DNA from: the human T2T-CHM13v2.0 reference genome, Homo sapiens
Reading direction: 5' to 3' (one strand)
NCBI RefSeq assembly: GCF_009914755.1
Contig: NC_060925.1
DNA: 64,000 nucleotides
The notes under the pieces: model-generated
Told to the model about the DNA's origin: nothing
The model's database searches: none
The model's input: only the letters and a program-made list of their open reading frames with translations
Made by a program: the position numbers and the translations under genes
Shown here: positions 29,622 to 43,824 of the stretch, piece by piece
Layout of the letters: every line of letters begins with the position of its first letter
Numbering within the stretch: position 1 is the stretch's first letter

Positions 29622-29675
29622 TTCTAATCTTGTGTAGCAATCAGCAATGAATTTCTTATGTAAAGATACTGAATC
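29622..29675 (-). CDS. USP24: USP24 exon ~23 (54 nt): DSVSLHKKFIADCYTRLE
   Basis: Acceptor ctttcag|GAT, donor GAA|gtgagt. Confidence 0.93.
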
Positions 29676-29858
29676 CTGAAAGAGTATATGGAAATTACAA
29701 TTAGTCCTTGACATTTAGTTGTAATCATTATTCAGGACAAAATATCAAAATAAAGAAGCCAATTTTTGGTCATGCCAAGGATCACAGCTTATCACTAAAA
29801 TATACATATAATTTTCTGCTTTTTTGTATATGGATAACTTCTTTCCTTAGATACCTAC

Positions 29859-29999
29859 CTTCTTTAATCTAGGATTTAGATTAATGTAACTATAGTTTAT
29901 GATTAGCTGAATAGCTTCATTAGCAATTTCTTCATCAGGTGATTCCATGGCTATTTTCCAAATGAAATCCATTCCTATCAATTCCAGCTTTTCTACATA
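29859..29999 (-). CDS. USP24: USP24 exon ~22 (141 nt): YVEKLELIGMDFIWKIAME...NPRLKK
   Basis: Acceptor tgaacag|TAT, donor AAG|gtaggt. Confidence 0.94.
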
Positions 30000-31006
30000 C
30001 TGTTCAAAAGAAAAAAAATTAAATTATAAAGCATATCAAGATCACAAAGTTACAAAATCACAGATAATTATTTTGTTACATCATGAGTCCACACCTCTTC
30101 AGTTCAATATGAATTAAGGCTGCAAAACCTCAGCTATATGAAAATAATATTATACTGATATGGAACTTTAAAAAGCAACCAACCACAGAAGCACTGGGCA
30201 AATTCCACGGGAACCAGGATAGGTACAGAGATATCTCTTCAGACATCCCTAGACCCAAACTGGACACACAGCCCAACAGGCTACTGAAGCAGAAATAGAG
30301 CAGGAGTGAGATGGGCACCATCTTCAGGAGCTTTTCTTCAAAAGGAAACAGTCAAGCCAGAAGTGGTCACTAATTCTTGGGGCTCAATCTGGTCTTTCTA
30401 AAGCTCAGTAGTAAACAGTAGGACCCAGGGCTTGTAAAATCTTGTAAAAATTCTAACCACCCAGGAAGCCATGTCCTGAATAAAAAGGACTTGGAAAAAG
30501 AGTTAATAAGCCTTTTTTTTTTTTAAAGGAGCATGTGTAAATATAAACATAAGCTGTACATCCTAGTTTTCCTGCCTCACTGTCTATTCCTCAATTTTTC
30601 TCCCCAAATCCCTGCCACTGTGATCCCAGGACGAAGACTGTTCTTGCTTTTTTAGGTACATGTGAATTGCTGGATCTGAGGAGTTCGAAGCTTAGGTGAA
30701 CTATCCCTGCTCTGCATTCATGTGGCCACAGGAGGCCACTGGCTGTCCCTAGATCAGCCAGAAACAGAGAGATGTGAGAGAGAGCAGTGTCCTCGCAGGT
30801 AGCTGGTGAGGCATGGTAGTGCAGGTAGGAGCCTCCCTTACACTAGGAGAAGCTCTGTCATCAACATAGAAGCTGGCAGTCAAGGAGATGCTGTTCTTTA
30901 CCAAAAAAATCCATGTTATCTCTCAATTATAACACTTTTTTTTTTGCTGAATATCAAGTTATACTAGATTATCCAAACTATCTAGATTTGAGAATAACGT
31001 ACTTAC

Positions 31007-31083
31007 CAACTGAGCTCCTTGTCTTTTCAATCGATGATCACAAAGATTCACATTTTCAAAAAAAGTTTTAAATAAGTTAAAAC
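31007..31083 (-). CDS. USP24: USP24 exon ~21 (77 nt): (G)FNLFKTFFENVNLCDHRLKRQGAQL
   Basis: Acceptor ttacag|GT, donor TTG|gtaagt; phase 1 to 0. Confidence 0.94.
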
Positions 31084-31149
31084 CTGTAATTATAGAATGC
31101 CAAATAAATTCATGTACTCTACGTAACACAGATAATCAATGAAAAGACT

Positions 31150-32560
<1,411 letters not shown>

Positions 32561-32877
32561 AAAAGAAACATCTGAAAGGAGGATTTCTATACCTTGATAC
32601 ATTTTTACCTTAATGAACCCTTTTGTACTAAGAAATTTTAAAAAGACAATTTGGCAATTTGATCTAGCAGGCCATATGATTTAAAAACTAATTATAAGAT
32701 ACCATTCATGTAGAAAGGAATTTGAGTACTAAATATGTCTTTAGATGCACAAGAAAAATTCTAGAAGGATATTCCTAACTGTTTAGTTGCTTCTGAGAAG
32801 GAGGATTAAAAGTAAAGGAAAGAATAACACTTCTTACTTAAAAGTACTGAAAAAAATGATTTTAAGTTTTTTCCTAC

Positions 32878-32989
32878 CATTCATAGTGATTTCATATGAC
32901 TCCAATTTAAGAATTTTCTCCTTGAAGAGCTGCTGCTGAACATCACTCTCAAGATCATGCTGTCCTTTTGTAAACCATTCAAAACACAT
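32878..32989 (-). CDS. USP24: USP24 exon ~20 (112 nt): MCFEWFTKGQHDLE...EITMN(G)
   Basis: Acceptor ttccacag|ATG, donor ATG|gtagga; phase 0 to 1. Confidence 0.94.
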
Positions 32990-33808
32990 CTGTGGAATAA
33001 GACGAATATCACCCTATAACTAAGATCCATTTCAGGCACATACATATTCCAAACTGGAAAAGTAAAGATACATTTTAATACTTCAAATGTTTATACTGTC
33101 AAAATACCACTCAAAGCTAAAATGCTTGGAATTCTGAAATTAAATGAAGCAGTTACTAGCAATCTTTCTTCTAGATAATAAAAATATCTACTCATACTTT
33201 TCACTGGATTTTATACTTGGGTTTTTCCATCAACATTTACTGCCTGCTTACAACAGGCACTATGCTGGGCACTATCACAATAGTGAAGCCTTTCGACAAG
33301 TCTAGGAAGTAGTTAATATTATTCTGTCAAATAAGATGAGGAAAATGAAATTTACTCCTAGAAAATGTCAAGGCAGGTGTTCTGTTCCTGATTTAATCTA
33401 TCTTTGGCTGCTTAATTATAGTTTACAAAAAAATGTGGCCAGGTACTAATTCTTCTTTACTGTTTTTGGGGTGCAACATCATTATAGGAACTCAAAGTTT
33501 TCTGTTGGCAACTTAAAATTAGTTTCATATGGAAGGGAAAAAACTTAAATATATCTAGAATTCTTTATACTCATTTGGTTAAATTTGGTATTTTATCCAG
33601 AATGGTATCAAAATTACCAAAGAACTCATACATTTATTTTTATCATGAATATATGTTATATAAAACATTTTTTCAGCACTTACAGTTCTTGGCCCATACT
33701 ATTTATGCTTATATAAACTGAAAAGTGTTTAGAAGATGTGAGACACACAGAAAAAGTGAAATATTTAAATATTTCTGCCTTACTTTATCCACAATACCAC
33801 CTTCTTAC

Positions 33809-33940
33809 CTCTCTATCTAATTCACAAACATCCTGGCCAGTTACAAGACACTCCCAGATCTCCTTGGCACGATTCCAGCCCAGATACAGAGTAGCTTCTT
33901 GCAAGAAAAACGCTAGAAATTTTAGATGTGCCTCTAAATA
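33809..33940 (-). CDS. USP24: USP24 exon ~19 (132 nt): YLEAHLKFLAFFLQEA...VCELDRE
   Basis: Acceptor tttgcag|TAT, donor GAG|gtaaga. Confidence 0.94.
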
Positions 33941-34528
33941 CTGCAAAAAGAAATAATGCTAATTAGTTAACTCCAGGCATTCATTCCTAAAAGCAACATT
34001 AAAACAAAACAAAACTTTAAGTTTTAACAACAGTTTTACTTAATCCTTTTTCATATAATTTAGGGTAAAGTAAATATTAGAATTCTGTTTACAAATTGAT
34101 AGTACAATGTAATAGAAGCTATCTATCTCAAGTCTATTAGAAATTCAGTTGATTTTGGATGTCAATAAAATGTAATTTCAGCAATCTCAAAGTAAAACAC
34201 TACAAACTCACAACTGGTGAGTTAAGATTTTTTTCCTAATTTTTTAAAAAACAATAATGTTACTAATCAATTGATTTGAAAAACAAAACCCATTATCCAC
34301 TGAATTAGCAATTATTATTTCAGATCAAAGACAAAAAAAAGATGTTTATTCCTTCATCATATGAAAGATAACTCACAAACACCAAGATACAAAACTGTTC
34401 CCTCACTACAAAGATACCTCATACAACCTCTTTATAGTTACAGCTAACAAAAATTCTTTTTATAGTATAAGTATAAAAAGGTCAAATTAATGTTGTAAAT
34501 CATGAAGCAAAAACACAAGGCCTGATAC

Positions 34529-34678
34529 CTCCCGGTAAGTGTACCGGCCATCCACTAGTGTCGAGCCACTTAAGCCTCCAGGCCCGGCCACAGCAGCTGC
34601 AAGCCGATGACAAGCGATCAAACTTCCCGTTACCAATTTCACTATTTCAAAATTCTTCTTCAAGTCTTGAATAATGCT
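34529..34678 (-). CDS. USP24: USP24 exon ~18 (150 nt): SIIQDLKKNFEIVKLV...DGRYTYRE
   Basis: Acceptor cgccaag|AGC, donor GAG|gtatca. Confidence 0.93.
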
Positions 34679-35340
34679 CTTGGCGAAAATAACAAAAAGA
34701 AAAGTGGTAATGAGAATTTGCAGTTATTTTGCTGGTTTAATACAAGCTGCTATTTAAAGATGTAGTCCTAGATGAGACAAAGCAAACATAAGAATTTCCT
34801 CATTCGTATTTCCTACACAAAAGTAAATAAAATCAATCTGGTATGTACATTTACTAGAAAATTAATAAACTACTAATGTTTTCCATCTAAAAATATTCAT
34901 TTTATTTATTTTTTTAAAAAGCCTATAAAAATAACTATTTCACTTCCTGTATACTTTTCTGGATCATCCTTCCCAAGTCTATACATTGAGGAAACTCTAG
35001 TACTTTAAGCAAACTAATCTTTTTGTGATACAAAACAAGCAACAAGCTTTTTAATCTTTTCAAACCAATTTTTAAAATGCCATTCTAACTTTTAAAAACT
35101 GGCTTAACTATTTGAAAATTAAGCAAATAAAAAGAAAATGAGTTAAGGAGATTAAAAAAAAAAAAAAGCTCTGCAGAAATGAAAGCAGAATGATGCTTAA
35201 ACTCAAGATTATTAGATGATATAAGTGAATTACATCAATAAACAAAGATAGTGACTATAAACTCAGCAATTTTAGCCATGTTTTGTTATTGTAAAAGTTA
35301 TGCAAGTAACTATAATAATAAAAAATAGCTATACCCTTAC

Positions 35341-35448
35341 CTTGTCTTGCTTTTGATAGGTTTGTTTTATGAATGAGCGAGTAATTTCATGGAGCTGACG
35401 CAAAGCTGGTACCACCCATACAAACTGGGGATTATTAAGCTGAGATGA
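35341..35448 (-). CDS. USP24: USP24 exon ~17 (108 nt): SSQLNNPQFVWVVPALRQL...QKQDK
   Basis: Acceptor ctctag|TCA, donor AAG|gtaagg. Confidence 0.93.
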
Positions 35449-36467
35449 CTAGAGTTAAAAAGAAGTTACATTAATTAAATTTAGAAATAAACAGCAGATT
35501 CATTTATTAGCTATAAAAAATTTCAAGTCAATCAGGTTTACTGTTACACATTTTATTATTTTACTCTTTATATTGACCATTTAGAGCTTATCTCCATGCA
35601 CTCATAATTCAGTCTTCAACTTCTTATTCTGCATGCAATTTCCTAAAGCTAAGAACTGCAAACAGGAGTGGATGTGAAGTGACAGTAAATGTACAGGGGT
35701 ACATCAGCAAAAAACAGACAACAAGGAATTAGCAACTTCAGAGGATAGATTAAGTAGCACAGGCTGCTAAGTCATGTTGACACAAAATAAACTGATGGCC
35801 AAAGCTTAACTTGGATAACACTGAACTGCATGGTAAGTAAAATGGAGTAAGAATATTGCTTTCTATGATTATATGACTAGGATACCAATGATATGATCAA
35901 GACACTGGTAGTGGTCTAAATATTAAAGAAAATATTCATAATCTGTATTTCCTAGTTAAAACACTTTCATAAGAGGTAATTCTATTTTTATTATTACAGA
36001 CATTTTACACTTACACTGTACATTTTTCAAAACACTTCCAAATATATTATTTCTGAAACTGGTATATGACAATCCAGATCGTCATAGTACAGATCTAAAA
36101 AGTCTACTGTTTGTGTAATACTCTTTATAAAGAGAACTACTTTTTAATAAATAGCATCTTTCAAACTATGAAATTTCAAAATTTGGTAAGAATTTCAGTT
36201 TAAACATGACTATTAAATCTCTAACCAAAAAGCTGAGTAAAAACTTAAGTCCTCAGCATTCTTCAGAGGCTGAAGTTTTTGTTTTAATGCCTCCTTGTTC
36301 TATTGAGCCTTAGTGTAAGATGAAGACCCTTGTGGAGGGGAAATACACTTTTGTTGTCTTTGTAGAGAAACATCTCACTATTGAATATGTAAATGTGAGC
36401 AAGTTATTGTCACACAATACTTTTTTCCTTGCCTCATAGGGATCAGCCAATCCTCAATCAGCAAATA

Positions 36468-37298
36468 CTGTATTTCCTAGATTCTAAGACAAAGATTTCA
36501 TATATTTTAACATATCTGAAATTGACACTTTAGACAATTATGTCAAAAGAAACTCACCAGCCACTAGGCACAGGAGTAAGTTTTTATATAGCTGTGCTTA
36601 CCTGAGTATGTGCAAACTTAGCTGTACACAAAAGGTATTTGTTCTTCTACCTATCATTTTAGTTGTTACCTGGTATAGGTAGTACCAAACAAGAATGGCT
36701 TTCTCACTTAAATTTGGATCACTAATTTGTTACTTAAATGTTATCAAAAAGATTACACTATAATGCAACACTAACTAACCAGTTGTGTCCATCAACACAA
36801 TTAAAATAAAACAGTCAGTGGTCTCACACTAAAGCATTTTCCGAAGTCAGGAGAAGCTGGCATGACAGACTCATACCCTGTGAAGGGCTGTACCACTCAG
36901 CACTAAATGTCTCTCTGTCCTAAGCTGCACCTTATTTCAAGAGAAGGTGTTTAACTTGTAGTGTACATAACTCAATTATGAAAAAAAGCAAGTTGAGTTT
37001 TACAAAAGAGAACAAGCACACAAAACTCCATATTCATCAACATGCCTCAAAATTATACAGCCAATCATAAAGATTTCAGAGAGGTCCAAAGCATTACTAT
37101 ATACAATGCAAAGCAGTGTGCTCCCATGAAGTTGTTCATAATTGTTCAAAAAAAGGCTTAGGCTCAACCTCTCATTAAGAATCTAAACCAATGGTCCATA
37201 ACTGCAAAACGGACAGTTTCTTTTTTTCTTCTTTGCAAGTTTATTAAATCTGAGATGCAGGGTGCAATCACTGGCATCTTAGAATCACAGAAATAAGG
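36468..37298. mobile_element. TcMar-Tc2 (Kanga-like) DNA transposon remnant
   Basis: Imperfect 22-bp TIRs ctgtatttcctagattctaaga and tcttagaatcacagaaataagg, each flanked by TA. Confidence 0.6.
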
Positions 37299-40200
37299 TA
37301 TATATTAAAGGTCAACTACTTGTGAGACTAGCTAGACTACTTCTGGCTACACTATAAAAGTTGCAAAATGACAGTAATAAAAACTGTAAGGTTTATATCC
37401 AAACAGATACCTTCCCAAAAGGATTACAAAATTGGGACATAAATATGAACTCTTCAGCAAGAAGCAAATATATTAAAAAGTATCATGATGGCCAATTAAG
37501 TCAATTATGGTAACAATATTTTTATTTAATATTGAAAATTATCCTTTGAAGGTAACTTGTTATACAATAAAATTCAAAGAAAAAGTCTATAAAACTAAAA
37601 TTTAAGAATTATTTCTGATATAGCCTTCTTAAAGTTTAGCAAACAGGAAAGATGTTGTTTATTTCATCTTATCTATGACGTGGTGACAAGTTATAAGAAA
37701 AATTTAAATTACTCTTCTCCAATTACAATGAAGATATCTGATAATGTCACAGAGTGGAGATTTCATAAGTAGGACCTGATGGGATGTCTAAATTGGACTC
37801 AACATTAGATGAAGCCTTAGAGGTCAGTTGGTTTAGCCTGCAAACCTATGCCTAAATTCTCTTTATTCATTTTTTATACAATGACTGACTTAGTATTTCC
37901 ACTGATGAGGAACTCACTACCTCAGAAGGGACTGAATTCTGTTTTCAGACTGTTCTCACATAAAAGTTCATTGATACTGAAACATGCTTCTGCATAACTT
38001 CTTTGGAGACATAAAAAGTAAGTTGAATGAAACTTCTCTATAACAATGCTCTAAGTATTTAAAAAAGCTTTCACATTTTCTTGAGTTCTCTCTTCTCAAA
38101 GTTGAACATCCCCACTTCCTCATCTGTCTTGTTTTTCCAGACCTATCCTTCTATCTAGGACCACAGCAAAAATTTTTGCTTGGGAGGACAATTTCTAAAA
38201 GTTATTTCCTCCTGTACTAACCACATCATGTGAAAGTATCTGTACTGAGGACATCTTGCTACTTTTACTTTCTGTTACGTGTTTTGGTAAGTAGAGGCAA
38301 CTCAGCTATGGCTATGTAAGGCTTTTGGTGTCCTCATAGGGTGAAGGGGAGGAAGTAAGAGGAAGGAAACCAACATTTGCTAAAAGCCTGTCAGGCGCTA
38401 TGGTAGGTGGCCTGAAGATAAACAACTTAAGGAATATGCAGTACAACTAACTGAGGAAAAATGAGGTTTTTTTTTGGTTTAGTAATTTTTTTTGGATGAG
38501 TACATTTAAACTTTTTAATTGAAGAAAAAAAGAAGTGACATAAGAGGGAAGGATTGGGGTAGACAGTGGAAGGTATAGAAGCAGCAAAGGAAAGAGGACC
38601 AAGGGAGCCGAGGGTACCCTGCAGAATCTACAGAAATAAAGTTAGGAAATCAAGGCCAGAATTTCTGAACACAACAGTGGAACTTGGGAATTTTAAGAGT
38701 ATCAAAAGCAGAGGGAAGGGGAATCAGTTGGGGGAATAGAGGTAGCTGAGGGTGGGAGGGGAGTAAGAAGTGGGTGATCTTGTCTTACCCTTTGCTTAGT
38801 TTCTGTGTAGCCTGGCAGGGAGACATAATCCCCAGTCAGCCCACCTTGCTGCCTGGCAGGAAAGGGCATAGCATAGAAAAACACCTTTAGTGGAAGTAAA
38901 TAATTCACCCCCCTGCCTGGAGCCATATCCAGGGGGCTTTGATCTTCCCACTGCCCCCCTTCAGCAATGTGTACTTTGTAAAAGTCCATGAAAGCACTTA
39001 GTAAACTGAAAAGTGCTATATAAAAGGCAAGATATTATTGTTTAGAATGAAATAATGGTACACCAGTATTTCTTTACTGGGAGCAGTGGGGAAATAAAAA
39101 AGAAAGAATATTCCTTTCGAGTCTCACAAAATAACTCCAAAAATTCTCCTTTTACTTTTTGAGTTTTGTTATAAAACAACAGACATAAATGAAATGACTG
39201 CAAAGAGAAGCAATAAAGATGCAGTGATGCAACTGACTAGAAAAGCTAAGTAATGCTTAGCTGTAACAAGGAAGGAATAATGGTCAGGAGGGATATTCTG
39301 GTTTCAAACGCCACTTCCCTGGAGGGAGGGAAAAATCCATTCAGCTTTGACCTTTTATATATAAAAGAAACGTGTCTGTTGCTGAGAAGACAAGACCATT
39401 TTTCTATGGACACCCTTTTCCTCTTACTATTGAAGGTTCTAAACATCTTCAGTAACTGGATGAATTTTAATCATAAGGAGAGGTTGCTAAGTTATTTGAA
39501 TCACTGAGCTAAGGAAACTGGAAAAATTCAAATTGTATCTGAGTGAAAAGAAAGCAATGTTATTGAGTTAAAAGAAAAATTCCTCATAACCTGAGAATTA
39601 CCAGCTCCAGTTTGCAAATACCTTTTAAAATTTCTAAAGCTGGGTTACATGTAGAAAATTCACCTGGTCACATTTCAGTGTCAGAAATATAAAACACAAA
39701 GTTCTTCAATGCCCCCAACTAAACTTTGTGATCAAACACAACATAAGAAATAAAAGCCCACTGAGCTAAGAGTCTCTTAATATACCAATGAAAATTAGTT
39801 GGCAGTATCCAAGATCCTTTAAAGAAATACTTAACAAAAGCCAAGGAATATGTTTTACTAATGAAATTATTAAGCCACTAGTTATTCTACCAAAACTTTT
39901 CTTATGTTAATAATAAAATGAAAATCAGAAAGCGGAAGCCTTTCCAGTGCTAGGCTTTAAGTTTGGTCTGGGCACCCTGAGGGTCTAGGTGAGAGGACAA
40001 TGCTGCTCCAATTAGGGCTGCTGCAACAACAGAAGCACAGTCCACTGAGCTGGCTGCTGTGATCAGCCCTCTCAGAGGAGAGGCTTGAGGCTTAAGGACT
40101 GGAACAACAGGAGAGCTGCAATCATTACCGCTCAATCTGCTAACCACCACCTCCAAGGACAGTCCAGAAGTTCACAGTAACCTACAGTCCCAGTCCCTCT

Positions 40201-40746
40201 TATACAAGTCCGTATCCAACCCTACCTTCTAAAATGAAGCCCCAGCAACAGATACTCACTGAATGACTGCCTATAGAATTACTTTAGGAACATGTCTAAA
40301 TGAAGAACCTGAAACACTACTATGTGCAATCGATGACTGAACCTCCTTCCTTTCTCTCTCTCATACTATGAATGCTCCTCCATTTCTCCTTTATGGGAGA
40401 AAAACAAGCACAATATTTATTTGGAGTCCACTGTACTTATTAAAACTGTGCATACTTTAGATTTAATTTTAAAAAGAAAAACTAAGTTGAAAATCTTCTA
40501 ATTTTATGAAAATTATATAATAAAATTACTCTTTGAATGTGATCCTAGATTTTTTTTCCCATTAAGAGCACCTCCCAAGCTTTAAATAATAAAGCATAGG
40601 TCATAAACAAATTTTTAGACATCAAATTTAATATGAACATTAAGAAACACTAAAACATACTATTATTTTAAAATTGTGGTGTAATTTATTAAAGGAAATT
40701 ATTAAACTAGTATACCTTTTAGTTGGTTCCATCTGCAAATTCTTAC

Positions 40747-40794
40747 CTTGAATCCATCCTTCTTGTTTTTTTCCAAACCTGACCATTCTCCAGG
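40747..40794 (-). CDS. USP24: USP24 exon ~16 (48 nt): PGEWSGLEKNKKDGFK
   Basis: Acceptor ttttcag|CCT, donor AAG|gtaaga; phase 0 to 0. Confidence 0.88.
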
Positions 40795-40995
40795 CTGAAA
40801 ATTCATTTTAAGAGAAATATAAGTGACTTGGTAAAAGCAATACCTATAATTTCCCGATCTTGGACTTTAAGGTAAGAGCTTCCAGATATGGCATTTAGTT
40901 TAATTTACATAACAGGGGAGGAAAATTATTTGGCTCTAATTACTCAGGGAATACTGTTGCTCTAACAACAAAATCAGATAAAAGCTGAAACCAAC

Positions 40996-41157
40996 CCTCT
41001 TAATATCTTCTATGCACTTGATGATGTAGCTCCTCTTGATTGCTTCTTTCACTGCATATGCATCACTAAGGATTGTCAGGTGCTCCTCCAAGGCCTGCTG
41101 AATAAGGCTACTGGGCAGGGTTGGAAGGTGAGCCAGTTCCCAGAGTACGTCTAAAAC
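40996..41157 (-). CDS. USP24: USP24 exon ~15 (162 nt): VLDVLWELAHLPTLP...IKCIEDIKR
   Basis: Acceptor ttgtag|GTT, donor AGG|gttggt. Confidence 0.93.
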
Positions 41158-41247
41158 CTACAATAATATTACATATGATCAGCCAGCCAATATGCAAATA
41201 GCTGCTTTGAGCATTTGTAGCTAGAAAAATCCATTTGATTCTCCTGC
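41158..41247 (-). other. USP24: 90-nt GC-AG intron (intron ~14)
   Basis: AAG|gcaggag...attattgtag|GTT; joins TTSGK|VLDV in frame. Confidence 0.88.
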
Positions 41248-41343
41248 CTTTCCAGAAGTGGTCTCAAAGCGAGCTTCCCGGCCTATTCGTCCAATCAGGC
41301 TCAAAAGCTTCTGTCTTACTCTATCACTCTCAGTCTCCCAGCT
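41248..41343 (-). CDS. USP24: USP24 exon ~14 (96 nt): SWETESDRVRQKLLSLIGRIGREARFETTSGK
   Basis: Acceptor tctacag|AGC; non-canonical donor AAG|gcagga is required to join the next exon in frame. Confidence 0.9.
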
Positions 41344-41547
41344 CTGTAGAACGGAAAAGACACAGGAATTGCTTCACGATCAAACTGGCAAAATATGCAA
41401 AAATTTTAAACTTGAGCTAAAAACATTAACAACGTAAGAAAAGTACATTTAAATACTGCTAACTGGTGGGGAGGAGGGGTATTCAGGACCTCAAAAGAGC
41501 TTATTTTAAGAAAATTTAAAAGTAAGCAAGTCTGACTGAACACGTAC

Positions 41548-41655
41548 CTTCTGAATGAGAACAAACAAATGATTAAGCTGATCTGAATTAAATTTCACAG
41601 CCGCTGCAGCAATAATAGTATGAATGTTCTCAATCACAGTAGATGATTGTCCTGA
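41548..41655 (-). CDS. USP24: USP24 exon ~13 (108 nt): SGQSSTVIENIHTIIAAAAVK...VLIQK
   Basis: Acceptor tttccag|TCA, donor AAG|gtacgt; ORF 41506..41820. Confidence 0.94.
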
Positions 41656-42427
41656 CTGGAAAAGGAAACATTGGAAAAAAATTAAGTCTTGGAACTCGGA
41701 ACAACCTAAGTCTTCCCCCTGGCAACTTACAGAAGCACAAGCAAAAATATAACAAAGACAAATTGACTCTAGTGTAATCAGCATCCACTTGCATAATATT
41801 GGCAAGACTATATGAAGCAACCATTATTAATCGTTATCAGCTGGCCTTATTTAAATTCCTAGAAGCATTAATTCTTTAAACCGACAATGAAAAAAAAAAA
41901 CCCCATGAGAATCAAGTTCTCAGTGTGACATATTTCACTTCAAGAAGAGAACAAAATATTTTCAACTGCTGAAAGATTTAAACAGATTGAATTATAAAAC
42001 AAATGTACCCACTTTTGACATTTTATAAATGATCCTGAAGGTTCCAATTGAGCGTATTACCTGCCTCATTATTTATTTTACTCATAGATACTTTGTGATT
42101 TCAATTAATGTTTATTTATCCTATTGGCAGTAAGTCTTTGCTGCAGAGCTATAGACCCTATTGTCAACCTTAAGGTTTAAATTCACTTTATAACGTCAAT
42201 TATGTCACTGTCATGCCTCACTGTTCATCATGTGAGATGTGAAATCAAAGAGGACATTTTTAGATTCAATTCCTTAAGAATTTTCTCAATATATACTATG
42301 CACATAGAGTCATTCATTGAATGTAGTAGGAATATACAATATATAAATCATGGTCTCTAATCTTCAACCTAAATCTTCAACCTTATGTGGATTCAAAATT
42401 TATACTCGCAAAACAAAATTATATGAG

Positions 42428-42943
42428 TGTATTCCACCAACGTCAAGACATGGGAAGTAATATCTTGGGACCCGGGACTGTTTTCTTTTACTCCTGCACC
42501 TGACTTTTTATAGTCTGCTCTGTAATGCTGGGCTGGGAGCCTGCCAACTACATTTCCCAAACTCCTCTGCCAGCCAACTTCCTGTTACGTTCTGCCAATG
42601 AGAGGAAGCGCTGGGAGATGAGTGGCAGGATGAAGGATGAAGTACGTCTGGCTTAGGTTCAGAGTGGATGCAGATGCTGGCTGTGGCTGCAAGGGACTCT
42701 GGAAACCTTGGTGGCAGTAGCACCTCTTTGACAGTTCCAGCACTTAAAGTAAAAGCACCTCCAAGAGCAGCTTCATTTCCTTGAACTTAATACCCCTTCC
42801 TTCTTTTTGCTTCTCCAACATTCTCTTTTTTTGCTCCTCTACCTTACTTAGGAAGACTTTTGTAAACAATCCCCTGTAATGAATTCCCTTTGCTTGATAT
42901 ACCTAGCATAGTTTCTACTTCCTGACTAGATTCTGACTGATAC
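42428..42943 (+). mobile_element. ERVL-class solo LTR (LTR33-like)
   Basis: TG...CA ends; aactacatttcccaaactcc...ttctgccaatgagagg and terminal ttcctgactagattctgactgataca. Confidence 0.65.
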
Positions 42944-43824
42944 AGTGACTAAGTTGATACAGTCAAAGAGTGCTCCAGGTTTTTCTCTGGCTTACCAACT
43001 AGATGAAGAATAATACCATTAATGAAATAGACTGGAGAATGACCATGTTTGGATATAATGAATTTAAGATGCCAATGCACTATGCATGGGAATGTGTGTT
43101 ACATATTTAGATATACTGCATTGGAGCTCCAAGAAGAGATCTGAATTAGATATTTAATTCAGAGTCAACAGCATACAAATGTAGTCAAAGCCACAGGAAT
43201 GCCTGCAATTGACTTATGAAAACCAATACAGTGAGAAAAGGGCTAAGAACTAAGGCTTGAAAAAAACAAATAAAGTCAAAGTAGAAGAGAATAAGTTAGT
43301 AAAGGGGACTCAAGGAGCAATGCCAGGAAAGTTAGGAAAACCAGTAAAATGGACTATGACCAAAGTGAAGAAAAAAAAATTGAAGACTATGTTGGATTCT
43401 GTCACACCTCTTGACAGTCCTAGTAAGATGAGATCTACAAACTCACCAATCATCTTTATTTAATAGGGACTAAATGGGAAAAAAATTATTAATGAAAATT
43501 AATAATATAATGAAAAGAACACTAGATTGATAAACAAAGACACACACCTATTCCTAGCTCTGCCACTAACTGCTATATGACCTTCTCATTTTTTAATTTA
43601 AAAAATTAGAAGACCAGACTAGATCAGCAGTTTGAAACTTCTTGTGGTGAGTGGATTTACACATACAATCTTAATAAAAACCTGAAACTGTAAAGTGGGT
43701 TAGGTACAGCTGCTCTGTTTAAAGCAAGATAAAGTTTCCGTTTTCCTGCTCTCTCATCACCCTTTTCGCTCTCCTGTAGTCCAAAAACATTAGCCAAAGG
43801 CAAAAATAATTCTGATCAACCTAC

